Shown here: one piece after another, positions 55,613-64,000 of the stretch
How positions within the stretch are numbered: position 1 is the stretch's first letter
Layout: each line of letters opens with the position of its first letter
Assembly (NCBI GenBank): GCA_951406725.2
Contig: OX597841.1
Coordinates: 16,802,001 to 16,866,000, forward strand
Direction: 5' to 3'
Origin: Octopus vulgaris
Taxonomy: Eukaryota
DNA length: 64,000 nt
Notes under the pieces: model-generated
What the model was told of the DNA's origin: nothing
The model's input: only the letters and a program-made list of their open reading frames with translations
Databases searched by the model: none
Position numbers and translations under genes: made by a program

Positions 55613-56695
55613 CAGACAGGCTTACATACACGAATAGACCTATAGGTGACAGGAAAGCGATACGTAGATAGGGAGATAAAGAGATACACATCACATGGCG
55701 TATATCGATGCAAATGAATATTGGTTGGTAAATAAAGTTAGATGCATGATGGGATATGTACATGACTTCACTACATATATACATACATATATGTATGTAT
55801 ATGTATGTATATGTATATATATGTATATATGTATATATATGTATATATATATATGTATGTATATGTATATGTGTATATGTATATATGTATATGTATATAT
55901 GTATATGTATATATTTATATGTATATATGTATATGTATATATATATATGTGTATATATAAATGTATGTATATAATTTTATTTAGATATGTGTGCTGGTAT
56001 GAACACATACATACATACAGGTAGACAGAGAAGCAGTCAGATAGATAGATAGATAGATTGGTATACAGATGGATAGTGAGAGAGAGGGAGAGAGAGAGAG
56101 AGAAAGAAACAGACAGAGAAACAGACAGACAAATTGATAGATAGATCGACAGATCGATAGACAGACAGACAGAGATAGGTAGGTAGGTGGAGGGTTAGAT
56201 AGAGAGAGAATCGGATACACAGACTGATAGATAGATAGATACATACATACATACATACAGAGATCCACAGATCTATCGATAGATAGACAGACAGACAGAT
56301 AGCTAGATAGGTACGTATAAGGTTAGCGATAGAATCAAACATACAGACATATAGATAGATAGATAGATAGATACATACATACAAATATACAGAGATCGAC
56401 AGATCTAACGATAGATAGGTAGATAGATAGATAGATAGGTATGTAGAGGGTTATATAGATAGAATCAGACATACAGACAGACACATATATACATATATAC
56501 ATATATCGACGGATCTATCGATAGACACAGACAGACTCACAGATAGACAAAAACAGACAGATAGATAGACCGGTAGGTAAGGTAGAGGTATAGATAAACA
56601 GACAGAGAGAGAAAGAGAGAGACAATCAAACAGATAAATAGATAGACAGATAAATAAATAGATAGATAGATACATACATACATAATACTTACATG

Positions 56696-56743
<48 letters not shown>

Positions 56744-56995
56744 GAGAGAGAGAGTGTGTATGGTAATGGCGGTCGTTGGATAGTATGTGTCTAATGCAGT
56801 TTTCCTAAAACGGATTACTCCTTCATGCCTAAAGGTTTCGTGCGGTCGTCGTTCGTAAACCGTACTTTCTCATCAGTGAATCGGAAATAAACGTATTTTG
56901 GATTCACTGTTGAGTGAGAAATGAAAGGATAATCCGTTTTGCTAACAGAAAGTCATATCTACATGCCTGCATGTATGTATTTATGTATGTATGTA

Positions 56996-57034
<39 letters not shown>

Positions 57035-58057
57035 GTATATGCATACACACACATATATATATATTGCATTGTATTCTATATACGAATGTGTATTTATATG
57101 TGTATGAATATATACATCAATATATATACATGTGGATGTATATGCACACACATGTATATATCGAAATATATATATATATATATGTATATATCTATACACA
57201 TTTATCTATAATGTATATATAATAGATATACATGTATATAAATATATGTTTATCTGTATGTATATATATATATATGTATGTATATAAATATATTTATACA
57301 TGTATGTAAATAAATGTGTATTTATGTATATATTTATATACATGTGTGCATATATGTATATATGTTATACATGTATATATATGTATATACAAGTGTGTAT
57401 ATGTATGTATATATGTATATGTATTATACATGTATATATATGTATATACAAATGTGTATATGTATGTATATATGTATATGAATATATATGTATATATAGG
57501 TATATATGTATATATATGCATGTATATGTATATATATGCATGTATATGTATATGCATGTATATGTATATATATGCATGTATATGTATATATATGCATGTA
57601 TATGTATATGCATGTATATGTATATATATGCATGTATATGTATATATATGCATGTATATATATATAAGTATATATGTATTTATATGCAGGTATATATATA
57701 TATATGCATATATATATATATTTATATACATACATACGTATATATGTATATAAATATACAGACATACGTGTATTAAAACTCACGTTTTTTTCTGGAATTC
57801 TACTTTTTTGCACGAAAACACAAACAAGAATAAATTCACGTGCGTGAGTGAGCGTGTGTATACACGCGTTTGTGTTTGCGTATATGCGCGCGCATGATTC
57901 GCCTACTCTTATACGTATTTATGCAAAGACGCAAAACATAATTACCTCTCGAAATATGTATACACGCGTGCACGCGCTCCTCACGCGCACACATATATAC
58001 AAACTCACGTGCTTCACATTTGAACACATAAACATAAAGACAAACACACAAACATAT

Positions 58058-58098
<41 letters not shown>

Positions 58099-58641
58099 CA
58101 CACACACACACACCTGAATAAATATATATGTATATATACATATATATGTATGTATATACATACATTCAGTTGTATGTATATATATATATATATATATATA
58201 TACATACATACAACTGAATACATATACCTACTTGTTTCTGTGTGTGTATATGGATTTGTATATATTTTCATATATATATATATATATGCTTATATATGTA
58301 TATACATATATGTATATATACAAATATATATACATATATATTTAGTTAGGTGTGTGTATATATATATATATATATCAGAGAAATGTCCATTTCCTTTGTT
58401 TTGTGTTTGTTTTCGTTTCTCATTGTGTTCGACGTGTTTTGGGTGTTCTGTACACATATATGCATGTATATATGCATATGTTTTATTTTTTAATTTCTTA
58501 TATATATATATATCATGCATATATATACACGCACATTTATATACACGTAATTGCATGAGAATATGGAAAGGATCTCTTCATGCATGTGTACAATATGTGC
58601 ATGTATGTGTGCATATGCTGAGATACATGCATCTTTGTGTG

Positions 58642-58673
<32 letters not shown>

Positions 58674-59045
58674 ATATACTCATATATACATTCATATTCA
58701 CACACACCCACACACGCATATATCTATCTATATATATATATATATATATATATGCGTATGTGTGTGTATATATATATATATCTTTAGTCCATAGCATATT
58801 GCCTCTGATGAATGACGTACGTCGACGCCATTTGTTATATTCCCGCTCATTTTTTTCACGATGTTCGTTCAGGCGACATTAAAATGACGCTCCATTTTTT
58901 TGGAATGTGCGTAATCAGCCATATACGCAAAGACAGCGCGGATCTTGGAGGGAGCAGCGATTAGGGGAAGCTTAGAGGCTTACAACGAATAGATAAATAT
59001 ATCTTAATAACTGCATATTTTGGAAAACCCTTTGGATTATTTGTA

Positions 59046-59745
59046 GGCGCAGGAGTGGCTGTGTGGTAAGTAGCTTGCTTACCAACCACATGGTTCCGGG
59101 TTCAGTCCCACTGCGTGGCACCTTGGGCAAGTGTCTTCTACTATAGCCTCGGGCCGACCAAAGCCTTGTCAGTAGATTTGGTAGACGGAAACTGAAAGAA
59201 GCCCGTCGTATATATATATACATATAGGCGCAGGAGTGGCTGTGTGGTAAGTAGCTTGCTTACCAATACATGGTTCCGGGTTCAGTCCCACTACGTGACA
59301 CCTTGGGCAAGTGTCTTCTACTATAGCCTCGGGCCGACCAAAGCCTTGTGAGTGGATTTGGTAGATGGAAACTGAAAGAAGCCCGTCGTATATATATGTA
59401 TAGGCGCAGGAGTGGCTGTGTGGTAAGTAGCTTGCTTACCAACCACATGGCTCCGGGTTCAGTCCCACTGCGTGGCATCTTGGGCAAGTGTCTTCTGCTA
59501 TACCTTCGGGCCGACCAAAGCCTTGTCAGTGGATTTGGTAGACGGAAACTGAAAGAAGCCCATCGTATATATATGTATATATAGGCGCAGGAGTGGCTGT
59601 GTGGTAAGTAGCTTGCTTTCCAACCACATGGTTCCGGGTTCAGTCCCACTGCGTGACACCTTGGGCAAGTGTCTTCTACTATAGCTTCGGGCCGACCAAA
59701 GCCTTTTGAGTGGAGTTGGTAGACGGAAACTGAAAGAAGCCTGTC
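59046..59745 (+). mobile_element. four tandem SINE family A 5' halves (~178-bp period)
   Basis: heads start near 59046, 59227, 59403, 59584, each ending at gaagccc.tcgta plus short (TA)n. Confidence 0.92.
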
Positions 59746-59864
59746 TTCATGTTCCACATTTTGCTAATTTCTATTTCAAAATCTTTATATTTGTTCAGTT
59801 TTTGGTAGGCCTTGACAGACACGTTTATATCGATTGGGACAGTCATATCAATGAGGAGGCATGA

Positions 59865-60041
59865 TTTTATTCTATTTTATTATTATTATTATCATTATTA
59901 TCATCATAAAAGAATTAATTAAAATAAAAGAATTAATAGTATTATTATTACTATTAGTATTATTATTACTATTATTATTATTATCATTACTACTATTATT
60001 ATTATTATTTTACTATTATTATTATTATAACTATTATTACT

Positions 60042-60075
<34 letters not shown>

Positions 60076-60124
60076 CTATTATTACTATTATTATTATTAT
60101 TAGTAGCATTATTATTACTATTAC

Positions 60125-60185
<61 letters not shown>

Positions 60186-60341
60186 TTACTATTATTATTA
60201 TTACTATTATTATTATTGCTATTATTATTTATATTATTACTATTTGTATCATTATCATTACTGTTATTACTACTATTATTATTATTATTATTATTATTAT
60301 TACTGTTATTACTATTATTATTATTACTACTACTATTATTG

Positions 60342-60373
<32 letters not shown>

Positions 60374-60380
60374 GTCATTA
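59865..60380. repeat. (TTA)n tract
   Basis: direct reading. Confidence 0.95.
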
Positions 60381-60799
60381 CTTCCCATTGTTGTTCTTTT
60401 CGCTGGTTTGAATTTCACTGCCATTATTCCGGTTGTTTTCGTGTTATTATCTGATGTTCATGTTATTCTTGGTATTATTACCACTGTTCTAGACGTTAGT
60501 GATGTTTCTCTTACAGTTGTTGTTGTTGTTGTTGTATTTATATTACATATGTTCCTACCGCCATTGCTTCACCCCATTGTTGTTCCTTTCGCTGTTGCTG
60601 CTCTTTCTTGAGATTGCGTTTTTATTGATATTTTGAACATATATATATATATATGTATGTTTGTATATATATGTATGTATATATATATATATATGTATAT
60701 ATATATGTATATATATATGTCGTTCGTGTTCTGCTTCGGAACAGCAGAACTTACCGGTTGAAAGACACACACACACAAATATATTTATATTTTGTATGA

Positions 60800-61500
<701 letters not shown>

Positions 61501-61600
61501 AGATAGATATAAAATGCATATATATATATATATGTATGTATACATCTCGCTTTCTTCGTATATACTTATACATTACACACACACACACACACATATACCT

Positions 61601-61648
<48 letters not shown>

Positions 61649-61751
61649 TGTATGTCTGTGTGTATGTGATTGTTTTGTGTTCAGGTTTTTTTTCCTTCTT
61701 TGGTAACATGATAATCCTCTCTCAAATGCTCGTTTGAAATTGCATAGTTTT

Positions 61752-61802
<51 letters not shown>

Positions 61803-61846
61803 TGTGTAGAAATAGGTATATGTACATATGCGTTTGTGTGCGTATG

Positions 61847-61888
<42 letters not shown>

Positions 61889-61983
61889 CGTCGTCATTTT
61901 TCTCGTAATTCTCTGCACGCGAGGAAACTTTTAATATATCGGCGAAGTCACTTATAGACACAAACAAACTCACGTTCACTTCC

Positions 61984-62030
<47 letters not shown>

Positions 62031-62573
62031 CATGTTTGTATATGTGTCTGTATGTATATCAATACTAATATGGAGATATACATTCGCAAGTGTGTGTGTG
62101 TTTGCGACAGTGTGCCCCTTTTAATCTGAAATTCAAAAAAAAATTCATGAAATATACTTGTTTTAGATATAGTCTCAAGAGAAAGAAAATTACACACACA
62201 CACACATACACACACATAAGCACACACAAATACAGAAGTAAACAAAGAATCACTATTACACAAACACTGACGCACAGACAGACAAACAAAGCCATCCCGA
62301 GACACACAACGTGGCACACACATGAGAGGACGTGGATACGGCGACTCATATTAATACAACGCATCGAATACTCTCACACACACAAATACATATACACACA
62401 AATATATATACATATATATATATGTATATATAAGCATGTGTTAGGTCTTCGTTAAAATTTCTTCATTCAAAGCGGATTACAGTCATGTGTTTTACTCCGT
62501 ACAATCTAGAATCGTGGACTTCGTTCTGCAGAATTTCCCACTACGATCGTTGCAACATCTGCTGTTCTAAGTC

Positions 62574-62688
62574 TTTGGTCGGCCCGAGGCTATAGTAGAA
62601 GACACTCTCCCAAGGTGCCACGCAGTGGGACTGAACCCGGAACCGTGTGGTTGGTAAGCAGGTTACTTACCACACAGCCACTCCTGCA
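62574..62688 (-). mobile_element. SINE family A head fragment
   Basis: sequence match. Confidence 0.8.
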
Positions 62689-62704
62689 CAAACTATAAGC
62701 GCAG

Positions 62705-62953
62705 AAGCCCTTAAAGGAAAACGTTTTGAAGAACTGGAAGCGGTGAAGATAAAAACAAGAGAGGCGTTAAAAGGCGACACAAGAGTTCCAGGACTGCTTC
62801 GAAGAATGGAAAACACGCGTCGTGGACCGATGGATTGCTTCAAATGGAGAATACTCTGAAGGCGATAAAAATGTAAAGGAAGTAAATACGTAAAAAAGTG
62901 CGAAGTGAATAATAATTGCAAAATTCTGGTCCCTTTTAGGTATCCCCCGCGTA
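62705..62953 (+). pseudogene. mariner transposase C-terminus plus 3' TIR (second copy 63565-63728)
   Basis: LKGKRFEELEAVKIKTREALKG / QEFQDCFEEWKTR / DRWIASNGEYSEGDK; terminus ttc.ggt..ttt.agggta..ccc..TA. Confidence 0.8.
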
Positions 62954-62995
62954 TATATAAGCGTAGAAGCCCATAAAGGAAAACGTTTTGAAGAA

Positions 62996-63263
62996 CGCAG
63001 GAGTGGCTGTGTGGTAAGTAGCTTGCTTACCAACCACATGGTTCCGGGTTCAGTCCGACTGCGTGGCACCTTGGGCAAGTGTCTTCTACTATAGCCTTGG
63101 GTCGACCAATGCCTTGTGAGTGGATTTGGTAGACGGAAACTGAAAGAAGCCTGTCGTATATATGTATATATAGGCGAGAATGGCTGTGTGGTAAGTAGCT
63201 TACCAACCACACGGTTCGGGTTCAGTCCACTGCGTGGCACCCTGTCGTATATAGCCTGTCGTA

Positions 63264-63310
<47 letters not shown>

Positions 63311-63560
63311 TTGTGTGTCTGTGTTTGTCTTCCTAGCATTGGTTGACAACCGATGCTGGTGTTGTTTATGTCCCCGTCACTTAGCGGTTCGGCAAAAGAG
63401 ACCGATAGAATATGTATGTTTGTGTGTCTGTGTTTGTCCACCTAGCATTGCTTGACAACCGATGCTGGTGTGTTTACGTCCCGGCGTCGATTTGATCGAC
63501 TAAAAGGCGGTGCTCCAGCATGGCCGCAGTCAAATGACTGAAACAAGTAAAAGAGTAACT
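62996..63560 (+). mobile_element. SINE family A with internal duplications
   Basis: head 62996, second degraded head ~63173, duplicated body, tail to ~63558. Confidence 0.8.
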
Positions 63561-63821
63561 CAATACGCAAGATTTCCAGTGCTGCTTCGAAGAATGGAAA
63601 ACGCGTTTGGACCGGAGCCTTGCTTCAAATGAAGAATATTCTGAAAGCGATAAAAGTATAAGCCCGTAAAACTAAGTGAAGAGACTGATATTGCTGTTTT
63701 CCGGTTTCTTTAGGGTACGCCCCTTATATATAAGCGCAGAAGTCCTTAAGGGTCTACCCCCTCGGACATACAGACATCTCTGGGCTAAACCCTCGTACAT
63801 ACAAACATGCATACATACATA

Positions 63822-63960
63822 CACGACGGGCTTCCACACACAAGGTTTTGGTCGGCCCCGGGCTATAGTAATATACATATGACCAAGGCGCCACGCAGTA
63901 GGACTGAACCCGGATCCATGAAGTGGGGAAGCAAATCTTCTTTCTGCACAGTCACGTAGC
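63822..63960 (-). mobile_element. degenerate SINE family A head
   Basis: cgacgggcttc..caaggttttggtcggccccgggctatagta...ggactgaacccgg. Confidence 0.7.
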
Positions 63961-64000
63961 GCCAACAACGACAGACAGACAGACACCAAATATATATCTT

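Overview
Eukaryotic, microsatellite-saturated non-coding DNA, most likely octopus/cephalopod (inferred from three tRNA-head SINE families resembling the octopus OK/OR1/OR2 SINEs plus extreme (TA)n/(CA)n/(TACA)n/(GATA)n/(CAC)n content). I can support no intact host gene: nearly all ORFs in the track are artefacts of simple repeats. Recognisable content: many SINE copies; decayed LINE fragments (CR1 RT, a CR1/L2-like 3' end, an R4/Dong-like RLE element with a tandemly amplified 3' end); Tc1/mariner and pogo/Tigger fragments; a MITE; non-autonomous Helitrons; two minisatellites; and short unique islands that look regulatory. The strongest signal is about 11 type I hammerhead-ribozyme motifs (CUGANGA...GAAAC...GUH, mostly with paired stem I and palindromic stem III) in about 8 unrelated short non-coding elements lodged in (TA)n tracts. 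Two families show compensatory stem I changes, suggesting a diverse Penelope-like/retrozyme-type RNA element system. Coordinates were read by eye and may be off by a few bases.
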